From assembly GCA_964016885.1 (NCBI GenBank), contig OZ024745.1, forward strand, positions 73,904,001 to 73,968,000: a stretch of 64,000 bases of DNA, given 5' to 3'. A program made the position numbers and the translations under genes. Positions 29,157-41,870 of this stretch are shown piece by piece; positions within the stretch are counted from its first letter, which is position 1, and every line of letters starts with the position of its first letter. Under the pieces are notes generated by a model. That model searched no databases. It was not told the DNA's origin and worked only from the letters and a program-made list of their open reading frames with translations. Source of the stretch: Eledone cirrhosa. Its lineage: Eukaryota.

Positions 29157-29502
29157 CTGGGTGTTATAATATACGTAAGGTTAATCTAAGTGATCCTCAG
29201 TGTCATTGAAGTTTAACATTTGTAATAATTGTTTCTACGTTTGGCACAAGGCCAGCAATCACCCAGTGCATTACTGGTACTTTATTTTATCGACCCCGTA
29301 AGGATGAAAGGCAAAGTTAACCTCGGCGGGATTTGAGATTAACTTTGCCTTTCATCCTTACGGGGTCGATAAAATAAAGTACCAGTAATGCACTGGATAA
29401 TTGCTGGCCTTGTGCCAAACGTAGAAACAATTATTACAAATGTTAGACTTCAATGACACTGGGGATCACTTAGATTAACCTTACGTATATTATATCACCC
29501 AG
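29157..29502. repeat. Inverted duplication of a SINE 3' half plus about 70 bp of flank
   Basis: Arms 29157-29320 and 29339-29502, with a few mismatches. Confidence 0.9.
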
Positions 29503-31613
29503 TTTCAAATGTTATTCATGTGCACAGTGGAAGGTACAAATCATTTTTATTGGTATGTTGTTGTGGTTGTTGTAATTATTTAGCTCCATATCAACAATGG
29601 TTGAGAAAACCCCCGATTCAAAGCATTTCAGCGATAGTCCTCTCGTGTTTTTGCATAGCTAGGACTACGATGCACTCTTCTTTAAAACCATATGTGCGAT
29701 ATGAGGGAAATTTGCCAGCTATTTTTAGCAGGTCATGCAACCACATAGTAGCCTAAGCCGTTCTCTAGATACATGGAGCTGTGATGTGTTTAGATTTCAC
29801 ACGGATAAGTCTGTGTGCAGTAGATAAAGAATGAGGGAGGGATGATATTCTCTGCATATGAGTATATGCTGTTAGATGTAATAAAAAGTAGGATAAAAAA
29901 TATGTTGCAAATAGGATGGTTTGACAAGTAACGTCCGAACCAAAGGAATAGGCCGTTGTTAAGTAGCATACGAAACCAGACTGGTAGTTACTAAGGAGAA
30001 GGGGAGAGACTAATCGTAATGAGAAAGGTGGTTGCTTTTTCCATTGTCTTTCAGATGGTATAAATGATAACGAAAGATTTCTAGTCTTTTTGGAAATGGG
30101 ACAAGCTATAGTGTTTCGATAAATTGGAATATATTCCTTAGGGAAATAGGGAAAACGATTCAGTTTTATGAGCATGAAGAATTAAAGTAGGCAGTTTAAT
30201 GTCTGTATAGAGAAGTATAGTGCTAGAGAATGTGTGGTTGTGTATGTTTTTGTATAATTGAGTATAGCTGTGTATGGCGGTTTAAGGATTTTGTATAATT
30301 GAATATAGTTGTTCTTAGTTGATTAAGGTTTCGCATAAGTGTCTATAACAATGTATGGTTGTATATAATTGTGCATGTAAGTGTATGATTGTTGTTGTTT
30401 AGCTCAGATCAATGTTGATTGACTAAACCTATAATCAGAACCATTCGAGCCGTAACCATCTCATCTTTTATTCAAGCTTATTGTTCTAGAACTACATTGT
30501 CTATTCAGTATAATTTTATATGGTTGTGTATGGTTGTGTATAGACTTGTATGGGAGTATATGGCTGTGAATGGTTGCGGCAGCTACTGCTTTAGTTGCTG
30601 CTGCCATCGTCGTTGATGTTGCTGTTATTGTTGTTGTTGTTGTTAATTCTTATCGAACCGATCTAGGATCAAAGTTTTTCCAATCGTGACTATTCTGTCT
30701 TGGTATATAATGGACTGTATTGTTTAATGTATTTTTTATTTAAGGTGTAGTTTTAGGAGGGATTTGGCTGCTATTTCTAGTAGGTTGAACAACCTTGTAG
30801 AAGGTCTTTTGCTGGCTTTGGTTATGTATAGATTTGTATAGGTGTGCATAATTGTATCGTGTTGTTTATGACTTTATAAGGGTGTGTATGGATGCATATG
30901 TGTGTGAAATATTCCTTCTAAATAGAAGAATGTCGCTACATTCCTAAAATAGCCGAGAGGAGGGGTTGGGATATGAAGAACACAAAAGTAAAGCAGACAT
31001 TAATGCTTATGCTATGGTGTCTGTGGGAGAGGGAAGAGAAGGGAAAAGTAAAAGACTTATGGAAACGGATCATACATAGATATATATATAGAGATAGGTG
31101 GAGAGAGATTGCTGTATGCATGCAGACGGGCAGATATGTCGGTGAGAACTGCAAACAAGATTAAGAGACAGATCAATATAAAGATATAGACAGATGGCAG
31201 GGATATATATAGAGAGATGTTAGAGACATAATGTTTATAGACAGCGAGACAGTCAGATGAAATATGTGTTTATATTAGAATGAGCCTCCGTCAGTTTGGA
31301 TGATGTGCATTCCAGTTATTCGATCAATGGAACAACCTACTCGTGAATTAACGTGTCAATAACTGAGCATTCTACAGACATACTCTTAACGTAATTCCAA
31401 AGGAGATTCAACATTCTTCAGCGTGTGCCAAGACTTGCCTTTTCAATTATCAGTACAGTCTATCTAACATGTTTCCAAGCAGTTTCTAACTACTGAATTT
31501 CACTTACAAGGCATGGATCATATCGAGGCTAAGGTATATGAGACTTGCCCAAGATGCTACTCAATGGGATCGTATCCAGGGTATAATGATTTCGAAGCAA
31601 ACCATTTGGCCAA

Positions 31614-31731
<118 letters not shown>

Positions 31732-31810
31732 GCAGAGGTTATATTTAATTTGTTGGGATTCAACAAGTTTTTTTCCGGGTATGTCAATATTTATTTATAA
31801 AACACATCTA

Positions 31811-31876
31811 TATTTTATCTGATGAAAGCGCACCATAATTTGCCTTGGTGGCCCTTGAAATACGTATAATAAAATA
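31811..31876 (+). ncRNA. Type I hammerhead ribozyme, family D (element 31730-31919)
   Basis: TATTTTAT-CTGATGA-stem II-GAAA-TACGTA-TA-ATAAAATA. Confidence 0.8.
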
Positions 31877-32297
31877 AATATGGTTTTATAAATATAGTTT
31901 CCATTTATTAATATATTGTATATATATATATATATAGTTTTTTAATTTGTTTTTCAAGATTTCTTATCTGAAAATGTGTGTTGAAACTGATTTTGTTATA
32001 CTTTGGGAGGGGCATGCTGCCAGTAAAAACACACGCACCCGTTGGTTTTCACTTCAATTTATTATAAATTTCCGGTTGGTTGGTTGGTTGGTTCGATAAC
32101 CGGAAGGTTGTTTATATATTGTCAAAGCTCTTTCGTCACACATTCTGTGACCACCTCAATGCAAAAGGTACATTGCAAAATATCTCATCAGTAAACTTCT
32201 AAGGTTACTCACATCGCACCCAATTTTAGAAGAAAATACATTCGTCCAATACTTTATAATGTGTGCAGCAGAAATATATTTTTACTTTTATGAAATA

Positions 32298-32324
32298 CCG
32301 GAGCATCACCGGGTACCTTCCCTA

Positions 32325-32379
<55 letters not shown>

Positions 32380-32984
32380 CAAGTCGGTCTGTGTGTGTGT
32401 CTGTCTGTATGTGTACAAATACTAGGCTCCTTTTAACTTTTGAAGTACTAGGCCGATTTCAACCAAATTTGGCACACGTATTGCTTATATGCCAGAGCAG
32501 GTTTTGGACAAAAACAAATTTGAAAAAAAAAATCGATATTGGGGCCGAAAAATCGATTTTGTGTGTGTATCTGTCTGTGTACAAATACTAGGCTCCTTTT
32601 AACTTTTGAAGTACTAGGCCGATTTGCTTCAAGGAATGATATTTCTATGTCCAGTGGATGGTCAACGTGGTAGTGGCAGCGCCATCTTACGCATACGGTT
32701 TAGTCTACTGAAGGACATACGGTGCGTCTATTCCATCTTTATCCCCTTACTCATACCTACTACAGCAAGACCGGACCTGAAATCATTCACGTCAATTAAC
32801 TCAAGCTACCCCATGAATTGTTTTTATGTTGCCGTTTATTTCACTCAATCATGTCACTGTACACCCATTTTGTTAAACCTTTTTTTACAATTACATTTCA
32901 ATTCTTTGCTCAACCTTTGGCTTTCTTTATACGGACAAACAGGCTGTCATTCATTTCCCGAGCAACGCCGGGTACATCTGCTAG
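32298..32984 (+). mobile_element. Non-autonomous Helitron (about 32365-32984) preceded by another Helitron 3' end
   Basis: GC hairpin plus CTAG-T at 32298-32325 and 32957-32984. The 5' region reads TATATAAAAGCAAGTCGGTCTGTGTG. Internal 48-bp direct repeat. Confidence 0.7.
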
Positions 32985-33611
32985 TATATATATATACTAG
33001 CAAATTTATATATATATACTAGCAAATTTGATATAGAAATGCTTCTAGTGGACTAGAACTATTTCATTCGAAGGAAATCATCAGGGCTTTCCTGATGATT
33101 TCCTTCGGAAATAATCTTTTCTTGAACAATTTCAATCGTTTATATTCGTCGCTCTTCCAGTTCTTAATATACTTATTATCGTGGCTCCTGCTATGGTCAC
33201 TGACAGCTAAATGTAGATGGTGAGCCGTACGTACACAGTAGCAGTCAAAGTCCGATCAGTTATCATACTTGTGCCATACTTACTGTAGGCATATGTGTTC
33301 TAAGAGTATGTTCATTTACTGTTATTTTTGCACTTTACAATGAAATTACAATCAACAACTCTCTTCCTGCCCTCAACAAATCTTGCTTGATGTAATTCTC
33401 AGTATAAATTAACGGAAAAGGAAGTGAAAGACAAGGACTCTAAGGTCACAGAAAAATGGGAGGGGGAAGGAGGAGGGTGATGGGCTCTAGGCTAAGGGCG
33501 CAGCGATATTGGGGCTGTTGTAATTATTTTTATGTAAAAAAATAAACTCTGGAGTCGCCAAAAGAATTTTTTTCTTTTGGTTTTTTATAGGGATTACATG
33601 TCATTATTGAG

Positions 33612-33794
33612 TTGGCAGTATTGGTAGAGGGTTGGACGCCATGCTTTGACGTATAGAGTTACAGCCCTTGCCTTTCTGAGTTCAAATCCTGCCAAGGTTA
33701 ACTTTGCCTTTCATCCTTACGGGGTCGATAAAATAAAGTACCAGTAATGCACTGGGTATTTGCTGGCCTTGTGCCTAACGTAGAAACAATTATT
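33612..33794 (+). mobile_element. SINE (Deu-like)
   Basis: Matches the other copies. Confidence 0.85.
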
Positions 33795-34142
33795 GAGTTC
33801 ATATCACTAAGAAAAATCTACTTTATTATTTCAGTTTCTTCTACAAGTACAACCTACTGGATTCTGTTTACATTTTTTTCTGTTCTGCTTCGCTGTTGTT
33901 GAAGCTGTTGTCGTCTGCAATTGTAATCTCTGGACGGTGTATTTAAGTTTGAGACACATTTCGATGCGATAATCTGCAAAAAGATGTCTTTGATTAATAT
34001 GATCAGAAGAATATCCAATTACCCTACAAGACGTACTTTTTTTTTAATCATTTTGTTTTCATTATATTTATTGGTTATTAGATATTTATGTATATATAAT
34101 TTTGATTCATTAAAACAATATTCATTCTATCGAAAGTTTACT

Positions 34143-35000
34143 TTATATGCATGTATACGTACATACATATATGTATACAGACGTACAGTAGCATGCACAT
34201 ATATATATATATATACATATATACATACATATGCATACAGGTACACATACATATATGCACGTATCAGTTTAGCGGCGCTTATTATAACGTCGCTTTGTTC
34301 GTTTGTAAACAAAGCGACGTTATAATAAGCGCCGCTAAACTGATACGTGCATATATGTATGTGTACCTGTATGCATATGTATGTATATATGTATATATAT
34401 ATATATATGTGCATGCTACTGTACGTCTGTATACATATATGTATGTACGTATACATGCATACTTACATTTAAGTAAGTGCCATACTAAGAGTGAGAAATG
34501 AAATTTCGTTTTCATTTTGTTTCAATTTATCGTTTTCGGTATGCCTGACCGATTTAACTCACTCAATATGCAAATTAGGCTGCTCAGCCGTTAATTTTCA
34601 TAAGGAAAGTATATACTTTCGAACGTTCAACTATCTGGCAGATGGGTAAACGGTGCTGATGATAGCTAACAAGCTTGAAACTAGTACATCGTTCCTGTGT
34701 CAGTGTTGAACAAAAAGGTGACGTGGTTGCCTTAACACCGTATGACATAAATTCAGGCTGTTCAGTTTGTTTACAAACGAACAAAGCGACGTTATAATAA
34801 GCGCCGCTAAACTGATACGTGCATATATGTATGTGTACCTGTATGCATATGTATGTATATATGTATATATATATATATATGTGCATGCTACTGTACGTCT
34901 GTATACATATATGTATGTACGTATACATGCATACTTACATTTAAGTAAGTGCCATACTAAGAGTGTGAAATGAAATTTCGTTTTCATTTTGTTTCAATTT
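34143..35000. mobile_element. Family C element: inverted arm plus partial tandem of two forward copies
   Basis: Palindrome centred near 34304. Forward copies at 34305-34527 and about 34590-35000. Confidence 0.85.
34649..34693 (+). ncRNA. Type I hammerhead ribozyme, family C
   Basis: AACGGTG-CTGATGA-TAGC-TAACAA-GCTT-GAAA-CTAG-TA-CATCGTT, GUA site. Confidence 0.85.
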
Positions 35001-35103
35001 ACTTTATATATTTAACTGATACTTTACATTCGATATGTCTTTCCTTCGACCTTTATTTCTCTCTCTTTCCACTTTCTCACTCCCTCTATCTACCTCTCTT
35101 TGC

Positions 35104-35158
<55 letters not shown>

Positions 35159-35316
35159 ACTCTCCCTCCTCCCTCTCTCGCTCTCTTCCTCTCTCTCTAT
35201 CTTCGCAAAGTCATTCAGCTGAAATTAGGTTTTCTATGAAAATGTCCTAAGTCTATTACTATTTATGGAAGTCCATTTCATACATTACACAGGAAATTAT
35301 ATCAGCTGCTCTCTTC

Positions 35317-35750
35317 ACTCCCGGGTCGGGCTGCAAATAATAGCCCCCACCTCCCGCTTATTAATTTTTCAGATTTCCACTACCCACCCGCTCTTATCTC
35401 CTCGCTCCCTGCTTATTTAATTTTACTATTCTATCTCCGGCAAAATTTTATTTAAGTGGTAGCATTCCCGCGACAACTATACATTGAAAATCGTTTCACA
35501 TGACAACAAAAAAACAAAAAAAAAAAATTACTAGAAATCCCATATGTTATAAAATAAATAGGATGGGTTGGGGGTCTCAATATGTAAACTAAACGACTAA
35601 TCTTGGTTTTCAAAAATATTAACGGAAACAACCTAGAAAAATGCACGATTTCCCCCTCGCTTATTTCACCTCCCGCTCATTCCAACTCTCCCGCTTATTC
35701 CACCCCCACCCCCTGCTTATTTACCCTCTATTATTTGAAACCCGAGAGTA
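35317..35750. mobile_element. MITE-like element with CCCGCTTATT subterminal repeats
   Basis: Imperfect TIRs: ACTCCCGGGT..AAATAATAG and CTATTATTT..ACCCGAGAGTA. Confidence 0.5.
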
Positions 35751-35918
35751 GCTATGTTGATATTAACACTTCACGTCCTATAATAAGTTAAAAGAAAATT
35801 TTTTAAAATAGGTTTGTTAATTCAAGTCTTTATTATATCTTTATGGCGAAAATGTTCAGTATACTAACGTCTCCTTCTTGCTCTTGCTCGATGAGTCTGG
35901 GGTCATTATAGCTCAGTG

Positions 35919-36114
35919 CAGACATGCCAACCTCTAAAAACCTAAACAGGGAGTACCATGAAAAAAGTGCCCCAAAACAGGGAGAAATGAGGCAAAATGG
36001 GGAGATTTTACATAGTGAAAGCTATACCCATATTCACAAGAGAAAAGACATCTCTCACACACCCCAACGTGGGTGGGAGATCTTCCCGTCGGGCGTGGAG
36101 AGTTGACAGGTCTG
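35919..36114. mobile_element. Short MITE
   Basis: TIRs CAGACATGCCAAC and GTTGACAGGTCTG. Confidence 0.55.
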
Positions 36115-36689
36115 TCAATGATCCCAGAAGCACCATCGTACGGAGATTTTAATTTTAATACAGTCATTGTGCTGTTTTCTACTTTTCAAAATATCCTTCT
36201 AATGTGGTTTCCTGTAATACTGGACGTTAAGAATGAAAGACAATGTAAATTAATAACAACAACCGTGAAACTCTAATCAGCGAGACTATAACACACCATG
36301 AATTTAAAGACTCCGATCTGGAAAACGTAAAAGTACTATGAATACTTATGAGGAGTGACGTATCATTACAGAACCACATTGTAAAAGGTGGCAATAGAAG
36401 TTTTCTCATATAAACATACAGGAGAATGTAGATACTGATGTTAAAACACCGAGAAATTTCATTCTAAGCCTGTTTTATTGCTTGCGGTTATGCCGCCCTC
36501 CACTATTGCTCAATTTACGTGTAAAAGGGAAGATATACAAAGGAATGTTTCTATCGAATACATCTCAATTTATGGGATCGATCAAACATACACGCCGAAG
36601 ATTTATACCCTGAAGCAAGCAATACTATATATATATAGTATTAATACATAGGAACAAAGAATCAGTGTTGCATCATATACATATGTATT

Positions 36690-36781
36690 ACATATTACAT
36701 ATGTTTCACTGTCGATCAGCTCGAGGAACGATCTATTAATCATCGAACCTGTCTCTGGAATCGGAAGCTCCTCAGATATGT
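36690..36781 (-). ncRNA. Type I hammerhead with long stem-loop II
   Basis: ACATAT-CTGAGGA-GCTTCCGATT...GATCGACAGT-GAAA-CATATG-TA-ATATGT. Confidence 0.65.
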
Positions 36782-37393
36782 TTTAATGTACGGGCTCGCA
36801 TCTGAGACTATGAATATTCTCCGAACTTCTTCTAAGTTAGCACACATTCTAACATAGTGGTATTCAGCCGTATATGCTCATATATATTCGGTCAGATAAT
36901 GGCGGGGTCTCTTTATAAATTAGCGGTTATATTTCCCATCCCGGTCAAATCGTCCCGTGCATCCATGCGCGTCGACCCGTCTGCCTAGCTCCACTGTCAT
37001 ATTGTTTGAAGTCATCATTAAGGAGATAAAGCAATACGAGAATGCGTTGGTGGTGAAAAGTAAGGGATGTGGGAGTTAAGATATAGAATATAAAATAAAG
37101 GAATTACAAAAAAATAAAACTATGTGGTAAGTGGCAAACTGACTACGATATAGCTGATAATGACATAAAATAAAACAAAAAAAGTGGAACAATATATTAT
37201 AGACATAGTAAAAACAAAACCTATACAAATATACATATATATGTGTGCGTACACATATATACATACACATACATACGCACATACTTACCCTTACACATAT
37301 ATATACACACTCACATATATACAAACACGTATATACACATACATATATCTCTATATCTCTATCTATCTACCTATCTATCTATCTATCTATCTA

Positions 37394-37426
<33 letters not shown>

Positions 37427-37430
<4 letters not shown>

Positions 37431-37903
37431 ATTAGAGTTAAAACTCAATTGGAACCCTGTAACTATTAAGCTCAAAGTATAAATACTGAGCCGATTAATA
37501 ATATATAGTAAGAAACACAGTAAACCGTGTGTCTAAAATTACAAGGGTTGAAAAACCACATTTGTTTCAAATATTTAACCAAGAAGCAGACAGAATGATA
37601 AAATATACAAACCGCCTCAATAACCATTATATCTCTCGGACAGATTATCCCTAATCTGTTTCGCCCTGAGTGTGTTTGTAGCAGATAATCCTGGCTTCAT
37701 CAGCGAGAGAATCTGATTAAATGCCACAAACACTATTTGCCAACGTTCACACAGAAAGATGAATTTGTCACCTCGTGCGCTGCTAGTCAAACGTGGTAAG
37801 CGTGTATTGAATAGAAATAACAGTCCAACACACACAACTTAATAAGCTCAACTTGTGAGGGAGCAGAAATATATATGAAAATTAGAGTTAAAACTCAATT
37901 GAA

Positions 37904-37908
<5 letters not shown>
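37427..37908 (-). mobile_element. 450-bp retrozyme-like unit with a 32-bp terminal direct repeat, inserted in (TA)n
   Basis: GAAAATTAGAGTTAAAACTCAATTGRAACCCT occurs at 37427 and 37877. Central HHR and no ORF. Confidence 0.75.
37632..37710 (-). ncRNA. Canonical type I hammerhead ribozyme (stable stem III, GUC site)
   Basis: TCTCTCG-CTGATGA-A-GCC...GGC-GAAA-CAGATTA-GGGA-TAATCTG-TC-CGAGAGA. Confidence 0.9.
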
Positions 37909-37967
<59 letters not shown>

Positions 37968-38542
37968 GCCCCACAAACATATTGATAAATATTCACTATC
38001 CGACCCACATACACACACCCCGCTACCCCTACATACACAGCTGCCCGCATACATACACACACGACCCCATGTGGACGCATACATACGTACAAACACGGGT
38101 GGTGCCTGCCTCTATTGTTCGCATGCACCAACAACTCGTTAAGTTCCTATCCGGGAAAATTCAGCGCCGAAAAAGTGCAATTCCAGTGGTGCCTGCAAGC
38201 CCTGATGATCTCGGACTTGAGGTCAATCGAATTATGTTTGCAACGGACATCGCCCATGGAATATGCAGCCGAGTGTTGCACTATGCCCCAGTGCGGCTTG
38301 AAGTCCATGCTGCTGTCTTTTACCGTCCAGATTAAGTACACCTGTCTAGTGGAGTGTCTCTTAGTCCGGTCCTTGAACGAGTTCGTGTGGTTATACATCC
38401 TCGACTTATATATATGTACTGGAATTTCGTATTTCTAAAGAAATACGGTATGTTTATAAATAAACATTTAGAAAGCCGTGGCTATGCAAAGACACTGGCA
38501 GCTATCGCCACCAGGCGGTGTCCAACAGAAGCAAGACGGACA

Positions 38543-38586
38543 ATCGTCGATGCATTTCGAACTGAACTGGTTCTCATCAGGTCGAC
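38543..38586 (-). ncRNA. Minimal type I hammerhead ribozyme
   Basis: GTCGAC-CTGATGA-GAAC-CAGTTCA-GTTC-GAAA-TGCA-TC-GACGAT, AUC site. Confidence 0.88.
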
Positions 38587-38624
38587 CCGTTCCGCTCTTG
38601 CAACAGCTGCACTTTGAAAACAGG

Positions 38625-38688
38625 CGAGAATATATAGTTTTCTCGTCTGTGTAAATGAGGTGATTAATCTCATTTGCATATGAAGCTG
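38625..38688 (-). promoter_or_regulatory. Putative snRNA-type promoter block (octamer, PSE-like, TATA)
   Basis: 64 bp identical to 59007-59070: ATGCAAAT, TCACCTCATTTACA and TATATA, upstream of the HHR. Function is inferred. Confidence 0.5.
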
Positions 38689-38949
38689 TATAGCTGTATA
38701 GGTTGGCTCAACTTATAATACAATAGAAATAGAATTTAGCTTCGTATTAGAATTTCGTATTTTTTAAAGAAATACGGTATGTTTATAATTAGACACTTAG
38801 AAAGCCGTAGCTATGCAAAACACCGGCAGCTATTGCCACCTGGTGGTGTCCAGCAGAAGCAAGGAGGGAAATCGTCCTTTCTAAATGTTTATTTATAAAT
38901 TGTTGTAAAATCCCATTTTGCATACTTATTCTTCACTATATATATATAT

Positions 38950-39392
<443 letters not shown>

Positions 39393-39984
39393 CATACATA
39401 TTTCACTCTCCTCCTCTGGTTCTCTCTATGTGTAACACTTTTTAATACTATTTAATCCCCACACAACTCTCTTCTCGTACATATTAATTAAATCTGCCAC
39501 TTCCATCTTCCGTGCTTCATTTTTTTTTCTTTGCAAATATCATCATCATCATGAACATAATCATTAACCTCATTATCGTTTCATTATGTATAGTGTCATC
39601 CGATATAGTAATAACAAGAGTAGCAGGAATAAGAGTAAGGAATACAATGGCGGTGGCGACTGCAGCAACCATATAGGTCTGCAAACTGCTGCAGCAATTG
39701 GCGAAAACATTTCCAGGTTCATTCCAATAAAAGAAAGAATGGGAGAGTGATCTGAGCAAGAGAGAACAGGAAGCAGAAAAAGGAGGAGGAGGAGGAGGAG
39801 GAAAGGAAGAGAATAGGGAGGAGGAAGAGGAGGAGGAGGGGTGGAAGAGAGGGAGGAGGAGGAGGAGAAGGGGGGTGACGACGTTGTCCGCGTCAATGAC
39901 AATGGTGATGCTGATGGTGACGAGAAAAAGAAAGATAATGATTCTGTCACCGTCGCGGCCGCTCCTCCTTCTGCTGCTGCTGGC

Positions 39985-40023
<39 letters not shown>

Positions 40024-40195
40024 CGACGAAGGATTCGATGATAGTAATGTTGATCTTGTTATACACACAAACCCCCCCCCCCCTCCCCCCCAAAAAATAA
40101 TGAATAAATAAAAAAAATCGGAAGTGTGTCCATAGTAAAATCCACGACCATATATCTACCACACAGTTATTAGCAGTTATTATTATTGCTATTGC

Positions 40196-40392
40196 AGCGG
40201 TGGATTGGCAGTATCGGTAGAGGGTCAGACGCCATGCTTTGACGCAAAGAGTTACGGCCCTTTCCATTCTGAGTTCAAATCCCGCCGAGGTTAACTTTGC
40301 CTTTCATCCTTACAGGGTCGATAAAATAAAGTACCAATAATAATACATTGGGTAATTGCTGGCCTTGTGCCAAAAGTAGAAACAATTATTAT
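40196..40392 (+). mobile_element. SINE (Deu-like), full length
   Basis: A box, B box, central motif and tail are all present. Confidence 0.88.
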
Positions 40393-40759
40393 TGCTATTG
40401 TTATTGTTGTTCCCAGCTATTGTTGGTGCAGGCTATTGTTAATTTTATTGGATAATCAAAAGACACTTCGCAACAGTTTTGCCAACACAGCGACAGCAGT
40501 TCTGCGATGGAATGTTACAATGACACCGTGTTCACTGGTCTCGCTGACTTTTAAAATGAGAGGGCGAGGTGTGTGTGTGGGGGGGGGGGGGGGGGGGGGG
40601 CAGGAAAGAAGGGAAAGGAAGGGAAGAAAAGGTAACAACGAAAGAAAGGGGAAAAAGGGGAAGTAAAATAAAGGAAGCGAGATTTAGTGATTCCAAAACA
40701 ATGGCTATGTGTATGTATACATGTATATGTGCAAGCAATTATGCCTGTCAGTTTGTGTG

Positions 40760-40827
<68 letters not shown>

Positions 40828-40862
40828 ACATATATATATATGTGTGTGTGTATGTATGTATG

Positions 40863-40897
<35 letters not shown>

Positions 40898-41119
40898 CAA
40901 AGAAATTGTGGTAAGGAACCAGATGGACCATAACACACCAGAGTACTCAATACTTAGGGCAGTAGAGTGGGGAATAGGAAAAAGTATGACCCCGACGGCA
41001 GAGCGCAAGCCGTATCGACGGCTATTTCTGGATATAGTCCAACCCACAATAAATATATTTTTCTCTCGAAACTACCAAATCGCACATCTATTTGTATATG
41101 TGCAACAATTTATGAACAT

Positions 41120-41870
41120 GTAGATATAGAGAGGGGAAGAGTTTCGTGTTAATCTATATAGAGAGGGGAGTTGGAAGAGAGTACCGTGTAGTAGATATAG
41201 AGTGGGGAAGAGTTTCGAATTAATTGATATGGAGAGAGGGATTGGAAGAGAGTTCCGTGTAGTAGATATAAAGGTGGGGAGACTTTGGTGTTAATTGATA
41301 TATAGAAGGTGATTGGGACAGAGTGTTGTATTGTTGGTGTAGAGAGGGAGCGAGTTTGGTCGTAATGAATAGAGTGAGAGGATTGATGGAGATAGGTATT
41401 GATAGATATAGAGAGGAGGATAGTTTGTTTAGTGATGGATAGAGGGGGGGGGGAAGAGAGTGTTGTATGGTAAATATAGAGAGGGGGATAGTTTGGTAGT
41501 AATTGATATAGAGAGGGGGATTGGAAGAAAGTTCCGTGTATTAGATATACAGAGGGGGAGAGTTTGGTGTAGTGAATAGAGTGAGAGGATTGATAGATAT
41601 AGAGAGGGAGGGAGTTTGGTAGTGATGGATAGAATGAGAGGGAATGAGAGAGAGAGTGTGTTGTAAGGTAGATATAGAGAGGGAGATAGTTTGGTGGTAA
41701 TTGATATAGAAAGAAGGGTTGGGAGAGAAATCCGTGAAGTAGATATAGAGAGGGGGAGAGTTTGGTGTCAATAGATATAGAAAGGGGTATTGGAAGAAAG
41801 TTCCGTGTAGTAGATATAGAGAGGGGGAGACGTTGGTAGTAATGAATAGAGTGAGAAGAAATAAGAGAGA
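41120..41870 (+). repeat. Degenerate purine-rich tandem repeat (TAGATATAGAGAGGGGGAGAGTTTGGT-like)
   Basis: Recurring GATATAGAGAGGG motif. Confidence 0.8.

Larger units (their letters stand above)
38422..38899 (-). mobile_element. Retrozyme-like tandem element, 328-bp period, about 1.4 units
   Basis: GAATTTCGTATTT occurs at 38422 and 38750. HHR at 38543-38586. Homologous to 58790-59240 in opposite orientation. Confidence 0.8.

Noticed and set aside
39517-40111. Poly-E/D/S/I ORFs
   Set aside because: They come from (GGA)n and (GAT)n trinucleotide tracts, with no splice or domain evidence.
40196-40285. tRNA genes at SINE heads
   Set aside because: There are A/B boxes but no cloverleaf, and the sequence continues into the SINE body.
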